Source of the DNA: Hormoscilla sp.
Lineage (GTDB): Bacteria; Cyanobacteriota; Cyanobacteriia; Cyanobacteriales; Desertifilaceae
Direction of reading: 5' to 3'
Assembly: GCA_051439505.1 (NCBI GenBank)
Contig: JBFRWI010000070.1
Location: forward strand, 21,906 to 85,905
Length of the DNA: 64,000 bases
Shown: positions 10,068 to 20,328 of the stretch, piece by piece
Position numbering within the stretch: position 1 is the first letter of the stretch
How the letters are laid out: the number at the start of each line of letters is the position of its first letter
Program-made: the position numbers and the translations under genes
The notes under the pieces: model-generated
Told to the model about the DNA's origin: nothing
Databases searched by the model: none
Seen by the model: only the letters and a program-made list of their open reading frames with translations

Positions 10068-11444
10068 CTAATAATAGTCCGAGTGCCAAAACTTGAAAAT
10101 CAGGCGATCGCGCCCTTGCTTTTTAGCTTCATAAAGCGCCGCATCAGTAATAGCAATTAGGGCTGAAGGCGAAACTGAATTAGTCGGGATTGTGCTGGAA
10201 ACTCCCATGCTCACAGTGACAGATTTACTTACTTTTGATTGCTCATGGGGAATGTTGAGCCATTCCAGTTCTATCTTAATAGCTTCAGCGATGTGGACAG
10301 CCCCCTTAATACTGGTATTGGGCATAATTACGGCAAACTCTTCTCCACCATAGCGGGCGACTAAATAAGCTGGATTCTTGACTGCGGAGCTAATTGCTTG
10401 GGCAATTTTCCGTAAACAATCATCTCCCGCTTGATGACCATAGGTATCATTGTAGCGTTTAAAATAATCCACATCGCACAGAATTAAAGATAGGGGCAAA
10501 CCATCCCTTGCTAGCTTCTCCCACTGTTGGCTTAAATATGAGTCAAATTGACGGCGATTAGCTACCTGGGTTAAGCCATCTAAAGTGGCGTGGCGATGCA
10601 ACTCTTGCATCGCTTTTTCTAGCTCAACAGTTCGCTCTGCCACTTTCATCTCCAGAGTGTGAGAATAGTCTTTGAGTTGTTCGTATAGCAGCGCATTTTT
10701 GATAGCCGCCGCTGCTTGTGTTGTCAGCGCCGCGAACATTTTCAAGTCCTCTGCTGTATAATTGACGGGGTAGGTATTGCTGATTTTCATTACGCCAATG
10801 GTTTCGTTCCCGATTGTCAAAGGCGTACAAATCAGCGAACTGATCTCATTTTCTTCCTCCTGAATATATCTGGAGTCTGACAGCACGTCATTTACTATTT
10901 CTGCTTTTCCCGAAGCTAGCACGTGGCCAGCTATCCCCTCACCCGATCGCATCACTGTTTTCTCTTTGGGATCTGCTCCCGGTGCCGCGATCGCCTCCAG
11001 GGCCCCTGTTTTCTCATTCAGTAACATGACAGACACGTGGGTGGCATTAATCAGTTTCTTCGTTTCCAAAATTACCAATTCCGTCACTGACTGAATGCCC
11101 TGACAAGTAGCTATTAAGCTGGAAAAATCGTACAAAAAATTAATCTCTTCATACTTACTTAAGGTCTCCTGAGCCAAAGACTTTTTCTCTAGCTCGGTTT
11201 TGGCAATATAACTGAGCATCTCGGCCAGAAAAACTGCCCGATCGGATCCTATTACCCAACCAATTACTTCCGATGCTGCGGCGATCGGATACTTCGGCGA
11301 GACCAACTGACTGTCCGAACCGACCAGAATCACACCCTTGGCATCCTGAATAGTGATGATCTCATCTAAAGCAGCGATCGCACCGGAGACCACTGACGCT
11401 ACATCCTTTTTGGAAATCAGCTTCTTGAGATTTATTTTAACCAT
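10068..11444 (-). CDS. GAF-GGDEF diguanylate cyclase
   Basis: DGLTQVANRR, DVDYFKRYNDTYGHQAGD, RYGGEEF; GAF domain upstream. Confidence 0.93.
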   Translation of the reverse strand: MVKINLKKLISKKDVASVVSGAIAALDEIITIQDAKGVILVGSDSQLVSPKYPIAAASEVIGWVIGSDRAVFLAEMLSYIAKTELEKKSLAQETLSKYEEINFLYDFSSLIATCQGIQSVTELVILETKKLINATHVSVMLLNEKTGALEAIAAPGADPKEKTVMRSGEGIAGHVLASGKAEIVNDVLSDSRYIQEEENEISSLICTPLTIGNETIGVMKISNTYPVNYTAEDLKMFAALTTQAAAAIKNALLYEQLKDYSHTLEMKVAERTVELEKAMQELHRHATLDGLTQVANRRQFDSYLSQQWEKLARDGLPLSLILCDVDYFKRYNDTYGHQAGDDCLRKIAQAISSAVKNPAYLVARYGGEEFAVIMPNTSIKGAVHIAEAIKIELEWLNIPHEQSKVSKSVTVSMGVSSTIPTNSVSPSALIAITDAALYEAKKQGRDRLIFKFWHSDYY

Positions 11445-11774
11445 ATACTTGTTTATCTATTAATCAAATACTCTACACCCCCTCGGGCGCAATTACACCA
11501 GCGGCGACGTCAGTTGTCCGTTGTCAGTCAGCACCGTCGGCTATAGCAGGTGATTGGAGTCTGAGAGCAAAAATACTTAGAAACTGCTCTGGACATGCTC
11601 CCTCGGTATCGGCGACAAACACTGGTTGATTTTGAGATCGTACAAGATTTTCGTATAAATAAATACGTATTTTTAGGGCAATTAAGTCTTTATAGTATAA
11701 GCAAAATCGCCTGTAATCTATATCAAGTGATAATTACAGGCGTAAATCTATTTTGATTTGTTACTTTACGACTC

Positions 11775-11884
11775 TACCGCAGCGCGGCGGAAATAATGCA
11801 CCAGCCGGAAGTGGCTCAAAGCCTTGCTCCCAAAGCATTTTGAATTCTGTATTTTGAATTTTGAATTCCGCGCAGCGGCACTAC
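11775..11884. mobile_element. MITE-like intergenic element with imperfect inverted ends and ttttgaa heptamers
   Basis: gcagcgcggcggaa ... ttccgcgcagcggc flank attttgaattctgtattttgaattttgaatt. Confidence 0.4.
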
Positions 11885-11939
11885 TCACCTGGTGCAGCAA
11901 GAACTAAAGTTCTTACTACGAACTCTATGTCTAGCTTAA

Positions 11940-12329
11940 TCAGCCGTTGGCTAAACCAAGTACCTCCCGAGACTTTTTCAACACTTCTTTGGGGCGAAAG
12001 GGCTTGGTCATGTACAGGTCGGCCCCCACAGCCATGCCACTTTGCTTGTCAAACTCTTGCCCTTTGGCGGTCAACATGATGATGTACACATCCTCCATCC
12101 CCAGTTCCTGCTTGACAGTTTGACAAACCTCTAAGCCATTCATTTTCGGCATCATCACATCCAGAAAAACTAAATTAGGCTTTTGGGACTTAATTATTTC
12201 CAGTGCCTCAATGCCATTTTTGGCCGTCAGTAACTCCACGTCATCCTCATCTTCTAGCTTTTCCAGAGCTTGCTCCATGAGAATCAGAATGTTGGGTTCG
12301 TCATCGACAATTAATACTTTTTGCGTCAT
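11940..12329 (-). CDS. Single-domain response regulator
   Basis: LIVDDE, FLDVMMP, MLTAKG, TKPF. Confidence 0.93.
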   Translation of the reverse strand: MTQKVLIVDDEPNILILMEQALEKLEDEDDVELLTAKNGIEALEIIKSQKPNLVFLDVMMPKMNGLEVCQTVKQELGMEDVYIIMLTAKGQEFDKQSGMAVGADLYMTKPFRPKEVLKKSREVLGLANG

Positions 12330-12389
12330 GATCCGAGATTCCTTTGTTATTTGTTAATGGTCAAATGAATAATTCTCAATGAACAATTT

Positions 12390-15300
12390 TCAATGTTCGC
12401 ATACTTCTGCTTCTCCGAGGAAAATCAAGCATACATCTTCCAAACCCTTGGTAAATCGCAAGGTTTTGACCAGATCGTATTCCTGGGATAACAGGGCGTC
12501 AATAATAATCATATCAGGCTTGATTGATAAAGCTTTTTCGATGCCTTCGGAACCCGAGGATGCCTCCAGCACCCGATAGCCTTGCACTTGCAAGGTATCA
12601 GACATGGTTCTCAGGGTTGAGGCATTCCGATCGACCACCAAAACTGTCTTATTGGATACCCCTTGCTGGAGCAGTAGGTTAATTTCTTTTAACAGTCCGG
12701 GGCGATCGATGGGCTTGGTCAAGTACCGGTCCACCCCGACCCGATAACCCCGATCGCGGTCCTGGACCAGAGAGAGAATGATAATGGGGATATCCATAGT
12801 CTCGGGGTCATGTTTCAGCACGGCGGCGACGTCAAAACCATTGATCTTGGGCATCATCACGTCCAGGATTACCAGATCCGGTTTGATGGCTTTCGCCTGG
12901 GCAATGGCTTCGATACCATCAGATGCTTCTATGACGGAGTGCCCTTGATCTTCTAGTGACTGTCGTAGCAGTTCCCGGATCGAAGGCTCGTCGTCAACCA
13001 CCAGAATAATTTTCCGATCGCGATCGCTTGTCGGGGTGGAGGTGGCCACCTGCTGTTTTAATTGCCGAACTAGGAGATCGACATTTAATTGGTCGGACCC
13101 ATTACTCTCATCATTATCGGTATTTATGGGGATGGTAAAGGAGAAGGTACTGCCCTTTCCGAGTTCGCTTTCTACCCAGATCCTGCCTCCGTGATATTCG
13201 ACAATCTGTTGACAAATAGCTAACCCCAAGCCAGTTCCTTTGGGCTTATCTGTCATAATATCTCCCACTTGCTTAAATCGCTCAAAGACTTTGTCTCGAT
13301 CCTCCGGTGCGATGCCAATGCCTGTATCCTCTATACTGAACACGAGCGCCTTATTCTCTACTCTGGCCCGACAGGCGATCGACCCTGCATCTGTGAACTT
13401 GACCGCATTGGAGATCAGATTGATGATTACTTGAATCAGGCGATCGCGGTCCACTGCCACCAATGGCAGTACCCCAGGAAAATCTTTGATTAACTGCAAA
13501 TTATTCTGTTCAAACAGGGAGCTGGTGGCGGCGATCGCCCGTTCCAGAATCAGCACCGGGTTGGTGGGTTCTACGTTCCACTCCACCCGACCTGCTTCCA
13601 TCTTGGCAATATCTAAAACATCATTGATCAGGGCTGTCAGTCGCTCGGCTTCATCAACAATAATGTTGATGTTTGCCGCTACCCTCTTCATGGCTTTTTG
13701 TGCTTTGCGGTTGTCCGTCGGAATTGCCGGAATAATCACCTCTTCGAGTTTTTCCTTAATGATCGATGCAAAGCCCAGCACTGAGGTTAAGGGTGTCCGC
13801 AGTTCGTGGGAGACAGTTGCCAGAAAGTCCGTTTTCATCCTGTCTACCTCTCGTTCCACAGTCACGTCTCGGATCAAAATTACCGAACCGAGACATTGCT
13901 CTCCTTCATCCCCGGACGCCTCTTTGATAATACTCGTGGCTAGGGCCTGACCTGTCCGATCGTTCTCCAATTCTACCTCGGCAGTGACTACCTCCTGCCC
14001 CTCGGGCTTACTTTGCCCTATTAATGCTGCTAATTCCGGCGGGAAATGTGCTGACATTTTTTGCCCCTTGAGATTAACATCTTCTAAGTTAAACATCGCC
14101 TTCAGGGCCCGGTTAAACCGCGTAATTATGCCCTGAGTATCCGTAACTAACAGCCCATCTGCCAAGTTGTCCACGATCGCGCTCATGTCAGCCAGAGTTG
14201 TCCGCAGTTCTGTAGACTGTATTTTCGTCTGGTCTAGTAATTGGGCTTGATTTAACCCCACGCCTAACTGGTTGCCAATTTGAGCCAGCAGGGCGACCTC
14301 TGTATCTTCCCAGTGACGCGGACCTGAATGCTGGTAGGCACCGAGTAAACCCCAAAGCTTGTCGCCAACGAAAACTGGCACCACACAATAGGCTCTCACT
14401 TGAAATTGCTCTAGAATTTCAATGTGACATTCCGAGTGACCAACCTGGTAGATGTCATCAACCCTAAAGGTTTCGTGGTTGGCATACCTGCCTCCCTGGG
14501 TTTCTTGTAAATAGGTATCGGGCCATACTCTTTTGATATCATCCCCCACTAATCGCGGCCAGCCTGGGGCAACAGAATCGGACATAAATTCCCCATCCCA
14601 GTTGGCAAAGAACCGATATACTACTACCCGATCGCACTTGAGGATTTGCCGCACTTCCTGGGTCGTAGCTGTGAAGATATCCTCTATATCCAGGGTCTGG
14701 CGAATGCGTTCGATCACCCGGGCCAAAGCTCGCTCTTGGGCTGCCAGTTGGGCTTGGTGTTCTTTTTGGGCTTCAACTTGCTTCAGGGCAATTTGCAGTT
14801 CCGCTGACCGCTTTTGAGCCCGATCGAGTAATTCCGCTTGTTGCAAGGCCACCCCTAGATGAACGGCAATTTTGCTGACAAACTCAATTTCCGCCTCCTG
14901 CCATTGACGCGGTCCCGAACATTGGTGAATGCACAGCAGGCCCCACAGTTCATCGCCTTTTAATAACGGCACAACTAGGTTGGCTCTGACAGCGAAGCGA
15001 TCGAGTATGGCAATATGGCAATCTGGCAACTCCTGGGCATAGATATCATTAGCCGCCCAAATCCGACCCTGCTGATAATATTGTGCGTGCTTCTCGCCAA
15101 AACAATGGTCCTTTACTTTTACCGCTAGGGCTGATGGAAAAGGTGGCAGCACGTCCTCGGAGACCAATTCCCCAGACTTGCAACCAGATTCATAGTCAAA
15201 GCGAAACATTCCCACTCGGTCTGTCTGTAGCAGTTTACGCACTTCCGTCGCTGTGGTCTGGAAAATGGTTTCCAGGTCTAAGGTGCGGCGAATCTTCTCG

Positions 15301-16694
15301 ATCACCTCTGCTAAAGCTCTCTCCCGCCGAGCTTCTCTGGCTAACTCTTCTGCTCGTTGTCGCAATTGAGCTGTCAGAGCCGTTTCCAGTTCCTCTTTGC
15401 GCTGCTCTGTCTGGGCTAGTAATTCCGCTTGTCTGACTGCTACTCCCAACTGAGCGCTAATTTGCACTAGGAAGTTTACCTCGACTTCTTCCCAATGGCG
15501 GGGTCCGGAATTTTGAAAAGCTGCTAGCAGTCCCCAGAGCTTTTGACCTTGGTAAATTGCTACAATGGCATAAGCTCTTCCTTTATAACTTTCTAGGGCC
15601 TGAATGTAGCAGGGAGAAAAGCCTGCGGAGTAAATATCATCGCAGACCCGGAACACCTCACCCCGACTAAAGGCACCTCCTTCCGTCTCTTGCAAGTAGG
15701 TATCTGCTATGGGAGAGTTTGCCAAATTTTTCAGGCTACATTCGCTGATGTTCTGGCACAGTTCTGGATGTTCCAACTGCTCCTGCATGAGGGAAGTCCA
15801 GCCCTCAGCCACTGAGTCCACGACAAATTCACCACTCCAGTCTGGATGAAAGCGATAGATCGCCACCCTTGAGGTTTTCAGCAGTTGCCTAACTTCTTCT
15901 ACCGTCGTCCTGAAAATGTTATTGATATCGAGAGACCTGCGAATTTTATCAATGATGGTGGCGACTGCTTTTTCCCGTTCTACTGCTTGGGCCACTGCTA
16001 TTGCCAGTTCCTCTGCATGTCTCTGTTGCCGCGCTAAAGCCTCGGCCTGCTGTACGGCCACCCCCAAATGACTGGCAATTTGGCCGACAAACTCTATTTC
16101 TTTCTCTTGCCATTTGCGGGGCCCCGAACATTGGTGAACCGTCAGCAACCCCCAAAGTGTATCTCCTTTGAGTAGGGGCATAACTAGGTTGGCCCGAAAT
16201 CCCAACTGTGCTAGGATTGACTTCATGCAATCAAGCAATTCTATTTCATCGAAGTCGTCTACTACCCAACATTTACCCCGCTGATAATAGATGCCGTACT
16301 CTCCGGCAAAACAGCGATCGCGGATCTTCAGCCCCATAATTGAGTTATAAGGGGGTCGCACGTCCTCGGAGACAAATTCACCTTCTTCCCAGCTTGAGTC
16401 AGGATCGAACCGATATATTCCGACCCGATCGGCCTCCAGAAGTTGGCGCACCTCACTGGCTGTTGATTTAAATATCGTATCTAGATCCAGGGACTCGCGA
16501 ATTTTGGTTATGACCGCGAACAGGGCTTTTTGCTGGGCCAGTTCCAGACTTGGAGGCGATAACTCTGTCTCTAGATATATGACTCTTTTCTTTAGTTCTG
16601 ATACTTCTTGCTGGAGCGACTCGTAAATGGAATTTTCTATGGTCAGATAATTGTCAGAGAACAGATAGGACAAAGCTCGCCTGATTTTTTTCAT
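12390..16694 (-). CDS. Cyanobacteriochrome hybrid histidine kinase: 4 GAF, PAS, HisKA, HATPase, REC, degenerate REC
   Basis: GAF motifs DRCF..DC, insert-Cys..[26 protein letters not shown]-box [32 protein letters not shown]. Confidence 0.92.
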   Translation of the reverse strand: MKKIRRALSYLFSDNYLTIENSIYESLQQEVSELKKRVIYLETELSPPSLELAQQKALFAVITKIRESLDLDTIFKSTASEVRQLLEADRVGIYRFDPDSSWEEGEFVSEDVRPPYNSIMGLKIRDRCFAGEYGIYYQRGKCWVVDDFDEIELLDCMKSILAQLGFRANLVMPLLKGDTLWGLLTVHQCSGPRKWQEKEIEFVGQIASHLGVAVQQAEALARQQRHAEELAIAVAQAVEREKAVATIIDKIRRSLDINNIFRTTVEEVRQLLKTSRVAIYRFHPDWSGEFVVDSVAEGWTSLMQEQLEHPELCQNISECSLKNLANSPIADTYLQETEGGAFSRGEVFRVCDDIYSAGFSPCYIQALESYKGRAYAIVAIYQGQKLWGLLAAFQNSGPRHWEEVEVNFLVQISAQLGVAVRQAELLAQTEQRKEELETALTAQLRQRAEELAREARRERALAEVIEKIRRTLDLETIFQTTATEVRKLLQTDRVGMFRFDYESGCKSGELVSEDVLPPFPSALAVKVKDHCFGEKHAQYYQQGRIWAANDIYAQELPDCHIAILDRFAVRANLVVPLLKGDELWGLLCIHQCSGPRQWQEAEIEFVSKIAVHLGVALQQAELLDRAQKRSAELQIALKQVEAQKEHQAQLAAQERALARVIERIRQTLDIEDIFTATTQEVRQILKCDRVVVYRFFANWDGEFMSDSVAPGWPRLVGDDIKRVWPDTYLQETQGGRYANHETFRVDDIYQVGHSECHIEILEQFQVRAYCVVPVFVGDKLWGLLGAYQHSGPRHWEDTEVALLAQIGNQLGVGLNQAQLLDQTKIQSTELRTTLADMSAIVDNLADGLLVTDTQGIITRFNRALKAMFNLEDVNLKGQKMSAHFPPELAALIGQSKPEGQEVVTAEVELENDRTGQALATSIIKEASGDEGEQCLGSVILIRDVTVEREVDRMKTDFLATVSHELRTPLTSVLGFASIIKEKLEEVIIPAIPTDNRKAQKAMKRVAANINIIVDEAERLTALINDVLDIAKMEAGRVEWNVEPTNPVLILERAIAATSSLFEQNNLQLIKDFPGVLPLVAVDRDRLIQVIINLISNAVKFTDAGSIACRARVENKALVFSIEDTGIGIAPEDRDKVFERFKQVGDIMTDKPKGTGLGLAICQQIVEYHGGRIWVESELGKGSTFSFTIPINTDNDESNGSDQLNVDLLVRQLKQQVATSTPTSDRDRKIILVVDDEPSIRELLRQSLEDQGHSVIEASDGIEAIAQAKAIKPDLVILDVMMPKINGFDVAAVLKHDPETMDIPIIILSLVQDRDRGYRVGVDRYLTKPIDRPGLLKEINLLLQQGVSNKTVLVVDRNASTLRTMSDTLQVQGYRVLEASSGSEGIEKALSIKPDMIIIDALLSQEYDLVKTLRFTKGLEDVCLIFLGEAEVCEH

Positions 16695-16823
16695 TTTTAT
16701 GCTTATGGTAATTTTTTTGTTATTGCAATTCTCTCAAATCCTAACATATCCGCCTCATAGATGTCAATACACCTCCGCTCTGATGCGGTATATCTCAATA
16801 CTTCGTAGGTTTTGCATATAGGT

Positions 16824-16965
16824 TGTCATTGCGAGGGGGGGTACGTAGCGGCATCGTCGGTGAGATTGCTTCGGGGGGGGGGATCCTGGTAGGGATCGGA
16901 AGAGTCTCCTGGCCCGCCGGGGGTTAAAACCCCCGGCTAATAGCTTAAGTGGGTTAAAACCCACT
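16824..16965. repeat. Cluster of palindromic repeats
   Basis: tgtcattgcgag...gagattgcttcg; gccgggggttaaaacccccggc (16916-16937); agtgggttaaaacccact (16948-16965, also at 39613-39630). Confidence 0.7.
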
Positions 16966-17150
16966 GGAAACATTGTTTTGCTAAACTTTACTGACAACCG
17001 CTTGGCACAAAAGGCTAGATATCGAGGCGAAATTTTCATATCCGATATGCCAGCAGATAGTTACGGTACAATATCGATAGACTTTTTCCAGCGCGACAGA
17101 TTGCAAAACAAAAAGGGTATTATCGCCATAGACTTACAGAGGTGGTCACC

Positions 17151-17642
17151 ATGATAAAAGACGAGAAGCAGTATGACTTTACCAAGGAGCAAGCGCATAA
17201 ATTTGAGCTGACTATAGCGCAGTGGCATCAAGATGAAGAAAAGAAGAAAAAAGATCCAGACTATTGGCAAGTATATCACGATTATTTACAGGGTATACTC
17301 GATACTTTGCGTGAAGAGATCGCCGAATATGAAATGCTCATAGCTCACGATCGCACAACACCATTGGTGCTGAAACTAGATGACCCGAACTATCTGCCGC
17401 AGATTCTGATTAAAGCCCGCATGGGTGCTAAAATGAGTCAAAAAGAACTGGCGGATTTATCGGGACTGACAGAAGAGCAAATTTGTGAATATGAAGCTAA
17501 AAATTATCACACGGCGAGCGTGCTTGACCTGTTTGCGGTTATCGATGCCCTGGACCTGAAAATCAAAACCTGTGAGTTTTTAGTGCCATTAGATACTCTC
17601 AGGAGAGAAATCCCGTCAGGGGTTTTAACACCTGCGGGGTAA
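17151..17642 (+). CDS. XRE/Cro-C1 HTH protein (antitoxin-like regulator)
   Basis: LIKARMGAKMSQKELADLSGLTEEQICEYEAKNY; N-terminus MIKDEKQY. Confidence 0.8.
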   Translation: MIKDEKQYDFTKEQAHKFELTIAQWHQDEEKKKKDPDYWQVYHDYLQGILDTLREEIAEYEMLIAHDRTTPLVLKLDDPNYLPQILIKARMGAKMSQKELADLSGLTEEQICEYEAKNYHTASVLDLFAVIDALDLKIKTCEFLVPLDTLRREIPSGVLTPAG

Positions 17643-17822
17643 CGAGACAAAAGATGCCTTTCACAACTGATTGGGAATTGCTGTTGAAAATTGTTAATTG
17701 TCAATGGTCAATTGATTTAGTTATAGCTGTTCGTGAATAGACAAATAACTAACTATTTTGCAATTGGCAATTTTCAAGCATTGACTGCTATCATCGGTAA
17801 AAATGTGCAACGCCGTAAATAA

Positions 17823-18596
17823 ATGATTTCTTCACTATTTCAGAGATCTTGGTGTAAAGATCTGTCTCTGCTTGCCACGGATATGGATGGCACCTTGACT
17901 GCTCAAGGCAAGTTTACCTCAACTTTGCTCCAATCCCTGGAAGAGTTAGCTGCGGTGGGGATAAAAGTGTTGATTGTTACAGGTCGATCGGCTGGGTGGG
18001 TTAGCGCTTTGACCTCTTACTTGCCTGTGGTGGGGGCGATCGCGGAAAATGGTGGTGTCTTCTACTCAGCCGATCGCCCAGCACCAGTAATGTTAACGCC
18101 CATTCCTAACATAGCAGCTCACCGCCAGCAGTTAGCTGATACTTTTGAGCGACTCCAGGGGGTATTTCCCCAGATTAAGACATCAACTGATAACTACTTT
18201 CGCCTCACGGACTGGACATTTGACGTAGAAGGACTGACATTAACCTCAATAGGTCACCTCCAACAAATTTGCGATGGACTGGGTTGGGGTTTCACCTACA
18301 GTTCCGTCCACTGTCACATCAAACCTCAAGGACAGGACAAATCAGCTGGCCTGCTGAAAGTCTTGCACGACTATTTCCCGGATTATACATCAGAGCAAAT
18401 TATCACCGTTGGTGATAGTCTCAACGACGAAAGCCTCTTCGACCCCCGACATTTCCCCCATTCTGTCGGCGTCGCTAATGTCCGAGACTATCTCGGCCAA
18501 CTCTCCCACCAACCAGCCTATATCACAGATGCCCCAGAAGCACATGGCTTTTGCGAGTTAGCCCAACTGCTTGCTAAAGGGCGATCGCCTGCATAG
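17823..18596 (+). CDS. HAD-superfamily hydrolase, subfamily IIB-like
   Basis: ATDMDGTL, VTGRS, AENGG, DK, GDSLND. Confidence 0.88.
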   Translation: MISSLFQRSWCKDLSLLATDMDGTLTAQGKFTSTLLQSLEELAAVGIKVLIVTGRSAGWVSALTSYLPVVGAIAENGGVFYSADRPAPVMLTPIPNIAAHRQQLADTFERLQGVFPQIKTSTDNYFRLTDWTFDVEGLTLTSIGHLQQICDGLGWGFTYSSVHCHIKPQGQDKSAGLLKVLHDYFPDYTSEQIITVGDSLNDESLFDPRHFPHSVGVANVRDYLGQLSHQPAYITDAPEAHGFCELAQLLAKGRSPA

Positions 18597-18608
18597 TAGT
18601 TCGTAGTC

Positions 18609-18692
18609 GTAGGTTGGGTTTCGTGCCTCAACCCAACCCGCGAGATGTTCTTAGCTTGGCGCTTGTTGGGTTTCAGTCAACCCAACCTACGA
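18609..18692. repeat. Inverted REP dimer (GTAGGTTGGG...CAACCCAACC family)
   Basis: gtaggttgggtttcgtgcctcaacccaacc and, on the opposite strand, gttgggtttcagtcaacccaacctac. Lies between convergent genes. Confidence 0.75.
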
Positions 18693-18738
18693 ATGTCATG
18701 CATACCAGATGCACCCATTCGCCATTTATTTAACTAGC

Positions 18739-19092
18739 CTAGCTTGCAGATAGCAATACTTCTAACTCTTTGGGATGGTCGATGTTTTTTTGCAGTATTT
18801 CGCTAAAATAAACAACTTCGTAGTCTGGCCATAGTGAATCTCGCAACTGTAGCCACAGAGTCACTCCTTCTCGATTAAATGCTTCCCTTGCCTGTATACT
18901 GGGAAACCCTGATGCTGCTGGATCTGACCAATTCAAAATCTCTTCATAGGCTTTTCTCCACTCATCCAAACGTTTAATTATCTCCTGACTTATTGGCAGG
19001 GTTGCTGGATTTATATCTCCCATCTCGTCAGGTTCCTCTACCCACAAGGGATAGCATCCATAATCTGTCATTAACCTGATTGTTTTTGGCAT
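18739..19092 (-). CDS. Hypothetical protein, putative immunity protein
   Basis: 117 aa; IRLMTDYGCYPLW...LP.S..I..RL..W...Y; starts 20 nt downstream of the toxin-like ORF. Confidence 0.6.
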   Translation of the reverse strand: MPKTIRLMTDYGCYPLWVEEPDEMGDINPATLPISQEIIKRLDEWRKAYEEILNWSDPAASGFPSIQAREAFNREGVTLWLQLRDSLWPDYEVVYFSEILQKNIDHPKELEVLLSAS

Positions 19093-19112
19093 AACTTCGG
19101 ACTCGCTGATTA

Positions 19113-19508
19113 TTAGGGTTTGGTTCTCGGGTTTGCTCCAACAATATAGCCGTTATCCGAAACTGACACTGCTAGATATCTTGTCTCGCCTTTGAAGGTA
19201 AATTGATAAATGGCACGCGGTTTATCTTTGGTTCCTTGATAACCAACTATATCACCTTCACAGACTGCTGTCATCACTACCTCCGGAATCTCACTGAATT
19301 CTATCCCTTGCTTGGCAAACTGTGCTGCTTTGGCTAGAATATGTTTTAGACCGCAACTGGCATTCCCTTCTTCTAAAAACACGATTTTGTTATCGCGGGT
19401 TTTGCCAATTCTTACAATATTCTCAGGGGTATGTTTGATCCCAGCAAGCTGAAGTTCCGCAATAAGGGCGGATTTTTCGACATTATCTGCTTCATTTTGT
19501 GATGTCAA
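19113..19508 (-). CDS. Hypothetical protein resembling a polymorphic-toxin C-terminal domain
   Basis: IVFLEEGN...GLKHI...IVGYQG...R.IY...AVSVSDNGYIVGANP; TTG start; extended -10-like TGCTAAAAT upstream (19556-19548). Confidence 0.55.
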   Translation of the reverse strand: MTSQNEADNVEKSALIAELQLAGIKHTPENIVRIGKTRDNKIVFLEEGNASCGLKHILAKAAQFAKQGIEFSEIPEVVMTAVCEGDIVGYQGTKDKPRAIYQFTFKGETRYLAVSVSDNGYIVGANPRTKP

Positions 19509-19762
19509 TTGTTTGGTTACAGTTGCTAAAGTATTGGACTATGGATATTTTAGCATGTGCGACGGGCCTCCTCTCGCGCGCACCCTCGGTTTTCCCGGTT
19601 ACTACCGGTCCCAGGGCGGGCGGCTATGGCCCTACACCCAACTCTAACTGGCACCGGTTGCGCCCTGGTCCCTCTTAACTTTTATCTGTCCGAATGGCCT
19701 AAACGATCTTGAACCTTTGTCTTGGGTGGCCGGGAAGAATGAAACGGCCCTGGGAGCCTCTG

Positions 19763-19930
19763 GAGAGGTTTTAAACCCCAAGCGAGAGGTTTTAAACCCC
19801 AACGGAGACGTTTAAAACCTCAACCGAGACGTTTTAAACCCCGACCGAGACGTTTTAAACCTCAAGCGAGAGGTCTCAAACCCCAAGCGAGACGTTTTAA
19901 ACCTCAACGGAGACGTTGTAAACCCCAACA
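19763..19930. repeat. 21-bp tandem repeat x8
   Basis: Consensus gagaSgttttaaaccYcaaSN; eight contiguous units. Confidence 0.9.
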
Positions 19931-20127
19931 GTAGGGCACTGGTAGGGTGCGATCGCCCGCCAGTGAGGTCAGTTGGCTGGCTGGTAGGGTGCGATCGCCC
20001 GATGCATGTAATCTAGCCCGCGTAGGCAGGCTTTGTTCGTGTAGCCGGGCCCTTCAGGGTTCGGTCTCCCAGCAACGGGTTTTGACCACACCCCTGGTAG
20101 GGTGCGATCGCCTGCCGGTGAGGTCAA
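19931..20127. repeat. Mosaic of ctggtagggtgcgatcgcc copies and a truncated MITE (right end only)
   Basis: ctggtagggtgcgatcgcc at 19939, 19981 and 20094; 20013-20093 matches the 24597 element up to its ttttgaccacaccc end. Confidence 0.7.
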
Positions 20128-20328
20128 CAACATCTCTTCCTTTCGCACTTCTTCAATTTCACCGCTCATATTACTATCCTTGGTTATCCGCATATAGCGT
20201 CGATCAAATGGATTTGAGAATAGGGGGGTTTCAGCAAATACATCCCGTACGGGGCGATCGCCTCTTTGTCAAGTAACATGGGAACATGGGATACTCCCAG
20301 AGTATCTGCATGCCCGAGAACTCCGTGC

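Noticed and set aside
17060..17140. Remnant of a BrnT-like toxin upstream of the HTH gene
   Set aside because: The resemblance is limited to a few residues and is not distinguishable from chance.
19560..19760. Structured ncRNA (e.g. 6S RNA)
   Set aside because: GC-rich, but I could not match it to any RNA family or find a convincing long stem; an Infernal search would be needed.
19763..19930. CRISPR array or coding repeat
   Set aside because: Contiguous 21-mers with no unique spacers and no credible ORF.
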